Below, piece after piece: positions 1-11,875 of a stretch of DNA of 64,000 nucleotides (positions are counted from its first letter, which is position 1; every line of letters starts with the position of its first letter). The position numbers and the translations under genes are program-made. The notes beneath the pieces were generated by a model, which made no database searches, had not been told where the DNA came from, and worked only from the letters and a program-made list of their open reading frames with translations. The DNA comes from Podarcis melisellensis (taxonomy: Eukaryota). The stretch lies in assembly GCA_964234715.1 (NCBI GenBank), contig OZ174282.1. The stretch is one strand, 5' to 3'.

Positions 1-690
1 GAGGGGGAGGGGAGAGACATAAGCAAAGCTATCCCAGTCGCTGCATGACCTCAGAAATATCCATTAATAATTGCCCTAGTCAGAATATTCGGGGAGACAG
101 GGGAAATTAAAAATTGCAGTTGCGTACAACTGATCCTTGGACAGCGTAATAACAAACATCTGTAATACAGATGTTGCCCTTGTCTGAAACTAAGTACAGA
201 TGTAACATAAGTAGGATTAGTAAAACACAAGGGATTTGTCTCTGGCCTTTTGTAGGTCACATGCTCCCCTCAGAGCTACTTGTGGGTAATAATCATTTTA
301 TGTTACAGTGGCCTATGGCTTTCCAGTCAGAACTGGATGTTGTAGACTAACCTCAGGTGGTAATAACTCCCCCCTCCCCCAAAAAGGACTTCTCCCTATC
401 AAGACCTCCTTCTCATGAGCTCAAATCACTGAAGGGCCTGTTGCTAATCAATGTAAAATGCCCTATAGATTGGGGAGGGGGCTTTTTCACCCCAAGGATT
501 ACATTCTTTCATGTGCAACCTTCCAGGTACCATGTGTCAGAGGGGTGTGGATGTCAAAGGCAAAAGTGGGTGGAGGGAGAAATGCACAGTTCAGCTTTGC
601 ACAGTGAGGTAATTTCTACATATGCTCCTCTCTGTCCTTTATCTAGACAAGTTGACTGTCCGGGAAAGAACAGATCTTGCTTGTAAAAGG

Positions 691-888
691 TCATATAATC
701 ATAGAACTGTAGGAGTTGGAAAGAGCCCCAAGAGGTATCTCATCCAACCCCCTGCAGTACAGGACTCACAGCTCAAGAATCTCTGGCCGAGGGCCTTCCA
801 ACCTCTACTTAAAAACCTCCAAGGTAGGAGAGTCTGCCACCTTTCAAGGTAGCCCATTCCACTGTTGAACAGCTCTCACCATCAGCTC
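691..888 (-). mobile_element. CR1 LINE 3' end fragment
   Basis: Starts with the reverse complement of the CR1 octamer tail (tcatataa-tcatagaa), then ctgtaggagttggaaagagcccc...catccaaccccctgca. Confidence 0.8.
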
Positions 889-911
889 CTACCCTTTGAT
901 CAAGTGTGTGG

Positions 912-1294
912 AAACCAAGCCTTCTGAGGAACGGTTGAGGGATTGGGTATGGTTAGAGGAGACTAAGAGGAGATAGCTATCTTCAGATATCTAAAGGGCT
1001 TTCACATGGAGGATGGAGCAAGCATGTTTTCTCCTGCTCTGGAGGCTAGAACCTGAACCAAAGGAGATTCCGACTAAACACCAGGAAGAACTTTATGACA
1101 TTAAGAGCTGTTTGACAGTTAGGGTGGACTCCCATGAGAGATGATAGACCCTCCTCCTTCACTGGAAGTTTTTAAGCAGAAGTTGGAAGGTCGTCTGGCG
1201 TTATGCTTGAGATTTCTGCCTTGAAGGGGTTTGGAGTAGATGAACCTCAGGATCTCTTCCAACTCTACAGTTCTATGGTTTTATGATCCTATGA
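912..1294 (+). mobile_element. CR1 LINE 3' fragment (decayed ORF2 C-terminus plus tail)
   Basis: aaccaagccttctgaggaacggttgagg (TKPxEERLR-like), cgactaaacaccaggaagaacttt; ends ttccaactctacagttctatggttttatgatcctatga. Confidence 0.85.
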
Positions 1295-2715
1295 AAGTTC
1301 TGATCACTTGATGTTGGTGGATGAAATGAGTCTGATGGCCACCAGTTATGCACTTTGAGATTCAAAAGACTAATGGCTGTGGGTATGGCATAGCCAAAAT
1401 ATTCATGGCAACCCCTTTTCTATCTCCATTATTTCCATTTCTCTCTTTCTCTCTCCCCCAATTTCTATCCCTTTGTCACCCCCTTATCCCTCTGATACTA
1501 CCTTCTACTCCCTTTCTCTCCACAGTGAACTGCTGAAGGGAAAGCATTGCCAGAGGTCTTGTCAGAAGTCTGAACTTACTCCTTAACAATGGTTACTGAA
1601 AGGAGTTTGAGGGCTACCAGCTGTCAACCCCCCACCCACATAAGTTTAGAAAGACATCACTCCAACCTGCAGACTATCCTTACATCCTTATAAGCTGAGA
1701 GCCTGTTCATTTTGCTGTGTCAAGCCAGTTAAGGAATGTGAAAAGAGTGTTGGAGCGAATCTCACGCCGTTCCTACTATTGGCGCACTAACTTATACACT
1801 GACATTTATGCATATTTTATGTACTTGTTTACTCTGCCATTCCCCAGCACAGTATAGTTACCATACATTAGAGGATGCCATATCACAAGGCCTTGCTCTC
1901 ACCTCCTGGCAAACATTCTGAGAAGAGTGTTCTCCAGCCCAAATGAAATCAGGGTGGAGAGGAGAAGGACTGGAGAGAGCCTATCACAACCAGGGGCACC
2001 TTATTTGCATATATAAATATGTAAGCTGGGATCTATGCATTCTTCCCCCCTACCCTGCTCTTGCACTCTCAGAAACAGATCTGTCTAAAGCAATGCAGGA
2101 AAATCAGTGTTTAAAAACAAAAAAGGTGGATTTGATATTTCATATTTCTTGAAATGCAAGCTTCCTGAGTGCTGAGCAATGGAAGGATATCTGGAGCAAT
2201 GGAGGGAAATAACTGCATGTGGAATCATATTTATTTGTTTCATAAATTTTATACATTGCCTGATTTTTTAAAAAGCAACCTCAAAGTGGTTTTAAAAACT
2301 TTGAATTCAAGAAGAAGAAAAAAAACCCACAATAGTTTAAAACACACAAAAAGTTAAAATACTAAACACTAAAATACTGTTTAGATATATGCTGTTATGC
2401 TGGATTAGTTTATTTGCATTATTTTTACAAACTTGTATGGATTGATATTTATTTTGTATTTATTTATTGATGATAATATTTCCAATTGTTTCTAATATGT
2501 TTGTTTTGAATTGTGTTACTTGTCCCCGTGATACGTTGTGAGCGATTTTGGCCACAATTTTGTGGGAAAGTGACATACAGAGACGCAGACAGCTCTTCCC
2601 CCTCTTAGAGATACAATTCCTAGAGTTCCCTGGAGAGAGGGAGTGGTTGTTAAACCACTCTAGGAACCTGGCAAGTTGTTTCTAGGAATGAAATGGACCC
2701 CAAGGAACTGACTAC

Positions 2716-2860
2716 ACCTGGAGTGGGGAACTGGTCGCCATCTAGACATGGTTGGGCTATAATTCCCATCAGTCCCTGTCAGCATGGTCCGTGGTCAGGG
2801 ATGATGGGGCATGCAGTCGAAGATTCACAGGTTGAAGTTTGTGGAAGGCTGGGTTACACC
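2716..2860. mobile_element. Degenerate foldback hAT-type MITE
   Basis: ctataattcccatcagtccctg...cagggatgatgggg; similar to the intact copy at 51654-51789. Confidence 0.55.
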
Positions 2861-3477
2861 ACAGAAAATTCTTCACTTGTCTGATATAGCAACAAATCCA
2901 ACTGGCCTCAAGAGACAAGTTTTCAGTGCAGTCATGCCTGGGTTAAAAAGAAAAGAAAACAGACAATGCATATTGTTTGGAGAAGACTCTGGTTCTCATC
3001 GGTAGTCTCTGGGGTGAGTCTGCCTTGCTTGTCTCTCTGAAGGAAAAGAAAACACCAGAGGGTGTACAGTTGTGTTAATTATTGGAGACATCTTTAAAAT
3101 CCCATTATTTGCATAGCGAAATGAGTGTTTCCTCACGATTATAATTATTTTGTCCTTCTTTATAAACTTTTTGTTCTTGACTTCTTAAAGTGTGATCAGC
3201 AGTTATTCATTATCAGGGGGTAAAATGCTTTGAATTTGCAAACTTTTAATTTTGGGGGCTTTTATTAGTTAGTTAGTTTTTTTAAAACAATGCCTGTGGC
3301 TGGGCATTACTCCAGAATAGAACCACAGTATGATTACAACAGCTTTTTTTAATGATAAATGGTTTTTTTTTGGGGGGGGGGCTTAGATTCCCCATCTTAC
3401 TGCCAAGCTGCCTATCTTGCCAGCAGGTTAGGCCAGCAGGGCTGTAGCCAGTTTGCTGAAGTATTTATGTATTAGAT

Positions 3478-3625
3478 CTATTTATTTTATTCTATTTATA
3501 TCCGACCTTTCCTCCACGAAGCTCAAGGTGGCATACATGATGTTCCCTCTCCCATTTTTTTCCTCACAACAGCCATGTGAGGTGGATTAGGCTAAGAGGC
3601 AGTGACTGGCCCATGGTCACTCATT
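3478..3625 (-). mobile_element. MIR/Ther1-derived CORE SINE (Squam3-like)
   Basis: gctcaaggtggcatacatg...cctcacaacagccatgtgaggt...aggctaagaggcagtgactggcccatggtcac. Confidence 0.75.
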
Positions 3626-3654
3626 GAGGTAGAGTAGGGACTAGTGAAAGAGTG

Positions 3655-3985
3655 ACTCCATTCCCATCGTTCAACCCGGACACTGAGGTCCGGCTCCGAG
3701 GGCCTTCTGGCAGTTCCCTCACTGTGAAAGCGAAGTTACAGGGAACCAGGCAGAGGGCCTTCTCGGTAGTGGCACCCGCCCTGTGGAATGCCCTCCCATC
3801 AGATGTCCAGGAAATAAAGAAATATCTGACTTTTAGAAGACATCTGAAGGCAGCCCTATTTAGGGAAGTATTTAATGTTTGATGTTCTATTGTGCTTTTA
3901 ATTCTGTTGGGAGCCGCCCAGAGTAGCTGGTGAAACCCAGCCAGATGGGCAGGGTATAAATATGTTGTTGTTGTTGTTGTTATTT
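3655..3985 (+). mobile_element. L2-clade LINE 3' end, relatively young
   Basis: Translates RAFSVVAPALWNALP...FRRHLKAALFREVF (L2 ORF2 C-terminus); 3' stem-loop gagccgcccagagt...gatgggcagggtataaa and (GTT)n tail. Confidence 0.88.
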
Positions 3986-4084
3986 GCTTTCCAGCCCATG
4001 ATGTCACCAAGATCTAGGATCAGCAAGAGACAAACACAGTACTTCATCCTGTCTTCCGAACATGTCTTTACCTGTCAATTTTCT

Positions 4085-4205
4085 TATTTGATTGATTGCA
4101 ATTCGATGCTACCTTTTCCTCCAAGGAGCTCAAGGCGGCAAACATAGTTCTCCACATCCCCATTTCATTCTCAACGAGCCCTGTGAGGTAGGTCAGGCTG
4201 AGAAG
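4085..4205 (-). mobile_element. Squam3-like SINE 3' fragment
   Basis: ttttcctccaaggagctcaaggcggc...ccctgtgaggtaggtcaggctgaga. Confidence 0.7.
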
Positions 4206-4791
4206 CGGGGCTGAACAAACATACCTAGAATATTACAGTTACTCAAGTTTGATCTTCTCTGCATTCATTGTTCCCTGGCCTCTCATTAAAATTAGGAGGG
4301 GGGATTCTAAAATTATTTTTGGAGGTAGTGCGTATTTGCCAAAGTTTTCAGTTCACATTTTTCCCACTTTACAAGTTACTTATGCGCTCATCCAGGACAT
4401 ATATACACATGATTAAATCTCAGAAATGAACATTATCTTGCTGTGGTTGTGAATCACATGAAGATTTGCCTTTGCTTTGTGATTTAATCCATTAACATAT
4501 GGCACAAGAGCACACCAGCAAACCCATAATAAACAATGTGATGCAAACAGAAAACTTTGTATGGGTAACAAAGTCCAGAACTCAAAACCAGAAATGTAGC
4601 AGATTCCTAATGTGTTGGTGCCACTCAGGAAGCAAAATCAGCTTGAAGGGTATTTGGAATTACCTGAAAGCAAGGTCCCTTCTTCTGCCCTGTGACAAAG
4701 AAATCACACTGTAGACATGATTCATCATGACTGTTCAGAATTCAATCCTACTGAATTTAGATCAGGGTCTGCTGGAGAATTATCCCTAATT

Positions 4792-4932
4792 CAGGGATAA
4801 GGAAGCTGTGGACCTCCAGATATGTTTGGACTCCAACTCCCATCAACCCCAGCTACCATAGTCAAATGTCGTGGATAATGGGAGCTGTAGTCCACCAACC
4901 ACTTCTGGAGGAGAAAAGTTTCCCTCTCCATG
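4792..4932. mobile_element. Foldback hAT-type MITE
   Basis: cagggataaggaa...ctccagat...ggactccaactcccat / atgggagctgtagtcc...ctggagg, imperfect palindrome. Confidence 0.7.
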
Positions 4933-5397
4933 TTTTTATTCTTCTTGGCCAAATTCATTCATTGTCTTCAATGCTGAACATTTCTTGTTTTTTTGTGCAT
5001 GCATCTGATTCTTTATCTTGAATTCTTTCTTAAAAACAACAACCCTTACCTTAATCTTCATTTATTTATTTGTCTGTCCTTTGGCTTCCTTGCCCAGGTT
5101 TAAGGATTGTCACCTCAGATTCTGCCAGTGGAATGTCTAGATAACCAACAGCAACATCATAGAGGACCGAAGGACCACAAAACAGTGATGCCACAGCCAG
5201 CTGCAGTAAGAATCCATTTATTACTTTGCCAGAGAATAAAGTTTATCACACACTCAAAAAAATATATAGAAGGAAGTTCTGTTGTATACTTTGAATTGTA
5301 ACATTGTCTTATGGACTTAAGGTATTTATAAGATACTAGGGGCCACAACCCTGCTCAGACACCTCCTCACTGGTCACCTCACATTAACTCTCTTGAG

Positions 5398-5740
5398 CAG
5401 TAGTTCCCAAACCATTTGGGTTCACCACCCACTTGGTTCCATAAACTCATCTCCAGTGCCCCCTCCCCACCCCTCCCCTCCCCTACAAAAAGCATTATTC
5501 AGAATATCAGTTTCCACAACCCACTATGGAAGATGATAGCATAATAAAGGTCTAAACAGTAACAATTAATTGCACATTTATTAAAAATCCAATTAAAATT
5601 ATTTAGTTAATTCAACAAAAATGATGAAGTGAATCCAGTGATACCAGCTTCTCAAAGTCGGGTATTCATTTATACCTCCAGCGCCCGCTAGGTGATCTCA
5701 CTGCCCCTGATGGGTGATTCCCATACTTTGGGAATCACTG
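5398..5740. mobile_element. Non-autonomous hAT (Charlie-like) DNA transposon
   Basis: TIRs cagtagttcccaaa / tttgggaatcactg; internal sequence shared with 25016-25332; no clear TSD. Confidence 0.8.
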
Positions 5741-6297
5741 GAATATAGTCTAAGCCCATTGAATCCCACAGTTCATGCATGGTGAAATTGGGAAGGCTAT
5801 TTTGCCAGATATACTCCATTACAGCAGTTACTATGTACTTTGATAACCGGAAGCGGGGGAAAGAAAGCTGCAGGTGAACTGGCAAATGATCAGATGAATA
5901 TTCAACGGTCTTTTATAACCACCTTTATACCACTTTGTAGCCTCCAAGCCTAAAGAGTCATTAGGCTAAGCATACAAGAGCAGAGAACAAAACTCTACAA
6001 CACAAAAGGGAAATGCAAGGGAGCCTAGCCTTGTGCTTCCCTGGAGAGACTTACACACACGGCTAATGTACAGAAACTACCTCCATAGCTACCAAGAGAG
6101 GCCTAATTATAGAGCACAAAAAATTTAATGACTTGTTGGAATTTACAGGGAGATGAAGGATATGAATATTCCAACGGGCACTGACTGGTGAGTTTCTATG
6201 TAACTGGTTTCCTAACAGGCATGTGGACATTTTGGAACAGTCCTGCCTTTAAGGTGAAGTCACATGTTCATTAAATTTGGTGTACACAGAAGGGCAG

Positions 6298-6835
6298 GAG
6301 AAGAACCTGCTGCATCAGCCAGTGACCTGTTCTCACAGTGGCTAATTACATACCTGTGGGAAACCCACAAGCAGGATTCAAGCCCAAGAGCCCTCTCCCT
6401 TCTTGTGGTTTCCAACAACTGGGATTCAGAATCATTTCTGTCTCTAAGAACATAAGAATGGCCCATCAATGGCGTAATGTGGGGGGTGCAGGGGGGGCCG
6501 GCCGCACCGGGCGCAACATCTCGGGGTTAGGGTTGGGGGCGCAGATCCACGGGTTAGGGGTGCAAATTACTTGCCTTGCCCCGGGTGCTGACAACCCACG
6601 CTACGCCACTGTGGCCCATCTAGTTTAGCCCCCTTTTTTTACAATGCCCAACCAGATGCCACTATGGGAAATGCAAGCAGAGGATTCGAGCACAAGAGCA
6701 CTCGCCTCTGCCATGGCTTCCAGCAACTGTTTCTCAGGAGCACTACTGAAGCATTACTGCCTCCAACTGTGGAGGTAGAGCATGGTCATTGTGGCCACTA
6801 GCCTTCAGTAGCCCTCTCCTCCATGAATTTGCCAT
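6298..6835 (-). mobile_element. Two tandem CR1-type 3' fragments (taagaaca-tail family); the second is interrupted by a hAT MITE
   Basis: taagaacataagaatggcccat|ctag...ccaaccagatgcc...agcattactgcctccaactgtggagg...ctctcctccatgaatttg. Confidence 0.7.
6467..6611. mobile_element. GC-rich hAT MITE (Tip100-like termini) with 8-bp TSD
   Basis: TIRs caatggcgtaatgtggg / cccacgctacgccactg; exact TSD tggcccat at 6459-6466 and 6612-6619. Confidence 0.9.
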
Positions 6836-6923
6836 GATTAACTTCAATTTTCATGGAATGAAAACACAACTTCGTTTGGATCCAACCACACACACACTTT
6901 TATTCTGTTATGGGTATTATTAT

Positions 6924-7611
6924 TAGGGTAGGGATTAGTTAATCTGTTTCTTGGTTTCCCATTTTTCTGGTCGTAATTTAAGACTTCCACATTTCCACAT
7001 CAGTTTGCAATTTTTATTTTTATTTTTAAAAGTCCATCTGAAAATTTGTCAGCATATTTTCCCTATTATACAAACTTTGTGCATTTCCCCCCTCTAACAT
7101 AGAGGTTTATCAAGCAATTTCCCTCAATATAATGCATTTTTGTATGTTTATCAAGCATTCCCCCAGATATAATGCATTTTTTGTATACACATTTATATGC
7201 ACCCTTTCTCCTAGCGTGTGCATTTTTGTATGTACGATGGTAACTCGGGTTAAGTACTTAATTTGTTCCGGAGGTCCGTTCTTAACCTGAAGCACCACTT
7301 TAGCTAATGGGGCCTCCCACCGCTGCCACGTTGCCAGAGCACGATTTCTGTTCTCATCCTGAAGTAAAGTTCTTAACCTGAGGTACTATTTCTGGGTTAG
7401 CAGACTCTGTAACCTGAAGTGTCTGTAACCTGAAGCGTATGTAACCCAAGGTACCACTGTACATTTTTGGTTGGACAACTGCAGCACAAAATTTGCAAAA
7501 GTACAAATTTAAAAGGATTCCTCTGATTTGGTTCACACCCTGTTTCGAGAAGTGTGAACCGGGTGGGTTTCAATAAAATCTGAACCAGACCAAATTTCTC
7601 TCCCATCCCTA
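6924..7611. mobile_element. AT-rich non-autonomous DNA transposon with tagggatgg-type termini (hAT/Ac-like)
   Basis: Right end aaatttctctcccatcccta; internal catttccacatcagtttgcaat and aatataatgcattttt repeats recur near 18270, 39307, 40600-41011, 55920 and 59300-59553. Confidence 0.65.
7235..7459. mobile_element. Tc1/mariner-pogo (Tigger-like) MITE nested in the previous element
   Basis: TA + cgatggtaactcgggtt ... aacccaaggtaccactg + TA; internal taacctgaag repeats. Confidence 0.85.
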
Positions 7612-8909
7612 CTTATCGGCGAGTGTTAATTAATTGCTCAGTTCTGAGTGAGGAATCTGTGGTGGAGGCCTTTAGAGGCCTTGGCCGGAGGGTGTCCTGC
7701 AAGCAACCCATGTTAACTGCACAAATACCTGTAGTGAAGATAAGGAGTTGTCACAACTGCTGTCCATGTAAGTCCTCAAACCAAAGAGGACTGCAATAAA
7801 TCCCATTTTATTTTTATGGACAAATAAATGCTGAGGTAAAATATTCGAGGATCATTGCCTGAATACTTGCTACAGCAGTGCTACTGTAATAACCGCAATG
7901 ACATTAATTTACTGCAATGTGCCATAGGAAGAAGGAAAGGAGGGGGCAGAGAAAGGCATTAAAAGAGAAAAATTACTATCCTTTGGATTTATTGGGAATG
8001 GCCTTCCTCATTTTCTGCCATCATTAGTTGATTAGGTGCTGATGACAGTATGGACAAGCGTGCTCAAATTGTTGGCGGAGGAGAGCCCTAAAGGTACTCT
8101 GTTAATTGAGAGGATGTTCATATCGTACTTAACTGAATATAATGGCAGACAGTGAAATCAGAACAGTGTGTTGTGTTACAGGCCAGTGGAACATTCTCAC
8201 ATTATTAATGGGTGCAGGAAGCGTTGCAGAAAGGATTTGCGTTCCAACCTATTCATACTCTCCAATATCTATTTTAAAAAACCAAAAGAAAAATCCTAGA
8301 AAGTACTCACAGATAAGGACAGATGAGTGTCAATTCCAGCTTCTCTCCCCCCCCCCCCAATCTTTTAGTACAGGTCACCTCAATTCGGCATCAATGCGTT
8401 CCTTTAAAAGTTCACTTGGAAATTTCTCCTGATGATTTCTACAATCATCTTACATACATTTTTTTTTTTAGTTGCAAGCAATAGCCCCAGACGTGATGCA
8501 TATTTGCATGTTATTTTCATCATTGCATACATTCATTATGTATGCGTTATCTGGTTGGAGAATTGCATTGCAAATTCATAGCAATGAGAATCTGGAAGGA
8601 GAACTGGAAGGAGAACTGTGTTTCGGTCCATGTAGAGTTTCTCCCCTATCCTTCACTCACAGATCTCCAGAAGCAGCTCAACCCCAGTGAAGAAGTGGGC
8701 AGGGTACGAACACACCAGCCAAAGGACCAGTGGATTTGCACCACACTGACCTCCCTACCACTTTGCCCTTCCCCCTCTCTGTTCTGCTTAGCAACGGTAC
8801 CCTACCTATTGCTCCATCCAATGAGCCACTTCTGCAGATCCTGAGATACTTTGTCCCATAGTGCCATAATGCAACACTACAAGTCAGTCATATAGAACTG
8901 GAGTTAAAT

Positions 8910-8952
8910 ATGGATGGATGGATGGATGGATGGATGGATGGATGGATGGATG
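8910..8952. repeat. (GGAT)n microsatellite
   Basis: Direct reading. Confidence 0.95.
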
Positions 8953-10139
8953 ATCTGCTTACTCATTGCATTCACTTCATTATCGTTATTCATCGTCCGT
9001 ATTTGAGAACAGTTAAGGCTGTTGTGCTGCATTCTGAAAATCCCACTTCCACTGAGCCATGTAGATCAACTTACACTCTTAAAGGTAGAAGCTAGAACAC
9101 TGGAAATGAAATAACCAGTTTGGGTGGACTTTCCTCACACAACATTGCATGACCTTTAAATTGAAACAGGCAGTGAAATGAAAATAATTAATAAAGTACA
9201 GTTGTTTAATCAATAAAGAAACCAACAAGCAAGATATACAATAGGTATACTTGCTTCTGCCAACCCCTGTGTTATCGGCACAGAACTGGATAGAAATTCA
9301 GGTGCTTTGAAACAGCAGTGGTAATCCTTTCCAAATGTTAAAACAGTGACAAATAAATAAAGAACAAGTTCCACCACCTGTAGGGCAGTACCTTTGTAGT
9401 GGAAATCTGTCCCAACAGAGACTGGACTGGACTCATGGATGGATTTTAGGCACGCAGTAAACACTTTTTATTTTGCCATTTTTTAATGTTTTTTGACTGT
9501 ATAATAACTTTGCTGTCTGGTCTTCTTTTCTTTCTCTTTATTTTTTTCCAGCAGCTTGACTAATTTCAGTATTCATTGCATCAAGGTTGTATTTTATTGG
9601 TGCAAACCATTTTCTGGAGGCCAAAAAGACAGTATAGAAATGTTTCTATTAGTAAAATACAAAATAGAGGCATGCGTTCATTGTATTATTCTACTCCACA
9701 GGATGACTTAGTAATACTTAGTAAACAACTTAAGCCCTAAATATATGAAAGTCTGCTTCCTACAGCCCTTCTAGGGCTTCTGATTGGTGGAGGAAGCCCT
9801 CTTGAGAAAAAAAAGAGGGATAGGACCCACATCATGGAGTCCCAAGGCAAATGTCAGAGTTGTATCAAAGAGTTTTAAATGCATTATTGTTGTTTTGTTG
9901 TTGTTATTTCATAGAATTTTTACACTGCTTCATTGTAAAAAAACAACAAGCAACCACTCTAAAAACAGTTTACAAAAAATATAAAACAAAATGATTATCA
10001 TTCAGAAAAATTAACAGCAATTATCTCAAACTTTTGTAAAGTTAAAATAACAGCAGTCCATGTATGTTGCAGATGTGATCTACCTATATATTTTATTTAT
10101 TGTTGTTTTAAGCAATATGGTCATATCAACCACATAAAG

Positions 10140-11235
10140 AAATTATTATTATTATTTATTAATTTTGTATACCACCCTTCATAATAGGGTGTTTCACAAT
10201 ATAAAAATGCAAAATAAGAACACAAAATATATAATAAAACATAAAAAACATAAAACACAAAAAAATCAATAACCTCCCTTCCCACAAACATATTTTAAAG
10301 GTCATAGAATGTTAATCAGCCAAAGGCCTGGTTAAAGAGAAACATTTTCCCCTGGTGACCAAAGATGAAGGTGCCAGATGAGCCTTCCTGGGGAGAGGAT
10401 TCCACAAATGGGGAGCCACCACGGAAAAGCCCTGTTCTCATGTTGCCACCATCTGGGCTCTCGTGGATGAGGCACTTAAAAGAAGGGCCTCAGTTGATGA
10501 TTGAGGATTCAGTTCAGTTCATATGGAGAGAGGTGATCTTTGATGTATTGCGGTCCTGAGCCATTTAAGGCTTTATAGGTCAAAACCAACACTTTGAATT
10601 GGGCCCTAGAACTAGTAGGCAGCCAGTGCAATCAGGCCAGGATCAGTGCAATATGCTCAAACCATCTTCCCCCAGTGAGCAACATGGCTGCTGAATTCTG
10701 TACCACCTGAACTGTCTTCAGAGGCAGCCTCACGTATAACACATTGCAGTAATCTAAACAACAGGTTAGGTAAAGGTAAAGGGACCCCTAACCGTGAGGT
10801 CCAGTCGCGGGCGACTCTGGGGTTGCACGCTCATCTCACTCTATAGGCCGAGGGAGCCAGCATTTGTCTGCAGACAGCTTCCAGGTCATGTGGCCATCAT
10901 GACTAAGCCGCTTCTGGCGAACCAGAGCAGTGCACAGAAACGCCGTTCACCTTCCCGCCAGAGCGGTACCTATTTATCTACTTGCACTTGACGTGCTTTC
11001 GAACTGCTGGGTTGGCAGGAGCAGGGACCGAGCAACGGGAGCTCACCCCGTCGCGGGGATTCGAACTGCCGACCTTCCGATCAGCAAGCCCTAGGCTCAG
11101 TGGTTTAGACCACAGCGCCACCTGCGTTGTTACCAGAGCATAAATGACAGAAGTTAGAAAATCCCTGTCCAGACAGGGGCGCAGCTGGGCCACCAGTCAA
11201 AGCTGATGAAAAGCACTCCATGCCACAGAGGCCGA
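10140..11235 (-). mobile_element. L2-clade LINE 3' fragment interrupted by a Sauria SINE
   Basis: ccaaaggcctgg...ggagaggattccacaa...tttaaggctttataggtcaaaaccaacactttgaattgggc...ggcagccagtgc is the reverse complement of the HWLP..FK..YKAL motifs; gcagtaatcta...gttaccagagc continues across the SINE. Confidence 0.85.
10768..11127 (-). mobile_element. Sauria SINE (Squam1), near full length
   Basis: (ACCTTT)n tail read as ggtaaaggtaaa; gggacccct...gtacctatttatctacttgcac; tRNA-derived B box ggggattcgaac. Confidence 0.93.
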
Positions 11236-11362
11236 ATGAGCCTCAATATATTATTATTAATATAAATATAAATTAATATATATTATTAATATAAAAGCTA
11301 ATAATAAGAATCACTATTAGAGTATTATACTATTATAATAATGAGAAACAGCATCAACCAAA

Positions 11363-11875
11363 ATGTTGTTGGCAGCTGTCTGTCTTGAGAGACAATGGAG
11401 TGTGCCTCCAGGGATGAAACCTCTGTATTAGCAGCACAGAAGTGACCACTCTGGGATGCAAGCCTGGGCAGTGTGTATGGAGGTCCTGGGCTGCCCAGAT
11501 GACAAGACCCCGCTCTCAGCCTCACTGATGTGGTCCAGAGGAAAGCAGACCCATACATTTGGCACCAGCTTGGCTGCAGGAGTTGCTGGAAGGCAGAGAA
11601 CAAGGCGCAATCCAGCCACCTTAGGGACTCCACTCTAGGTTTGTTTAGGGTTTTACTCCTTAGCCTTTTCCTCTCCTGAAGATCTCCTGTAAAGCAGCTA
11701 AGGTTTGGGATCAGTTTTCCTTCTCCTAGATGAGCTACCTTCCCAGGTGGATGAGCCCCAACTGCCCCTCACTTACCTCTACAGCATGTGCAGAAACCAC
11801 CTTATTGACCATTGAACCCACTATTGGTTTCGTCTGCTCAATGTTCCAGAGCCTGTCTTCAAAGGCAGGGGGAAA
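11363..11875 (-). mobile_element. Non-autonomous RTE-clade derivative (5' UTR fused to 3' tail)
   Basis: On the minus strand it ends ctccattgtctctcaagacagacagctgccaacaac (RTE-type tail) and contains the RTE 5'UTR-like ctcatctaggagaaggaaaactg; no ORF. Confidence 0.65.

Noticed and set aside
10768-11127. tRNA-like A/B boxes in SINE heads
   Set aside because: Parts of SINEs; no complete cloverleaf, so not tRNA genes.
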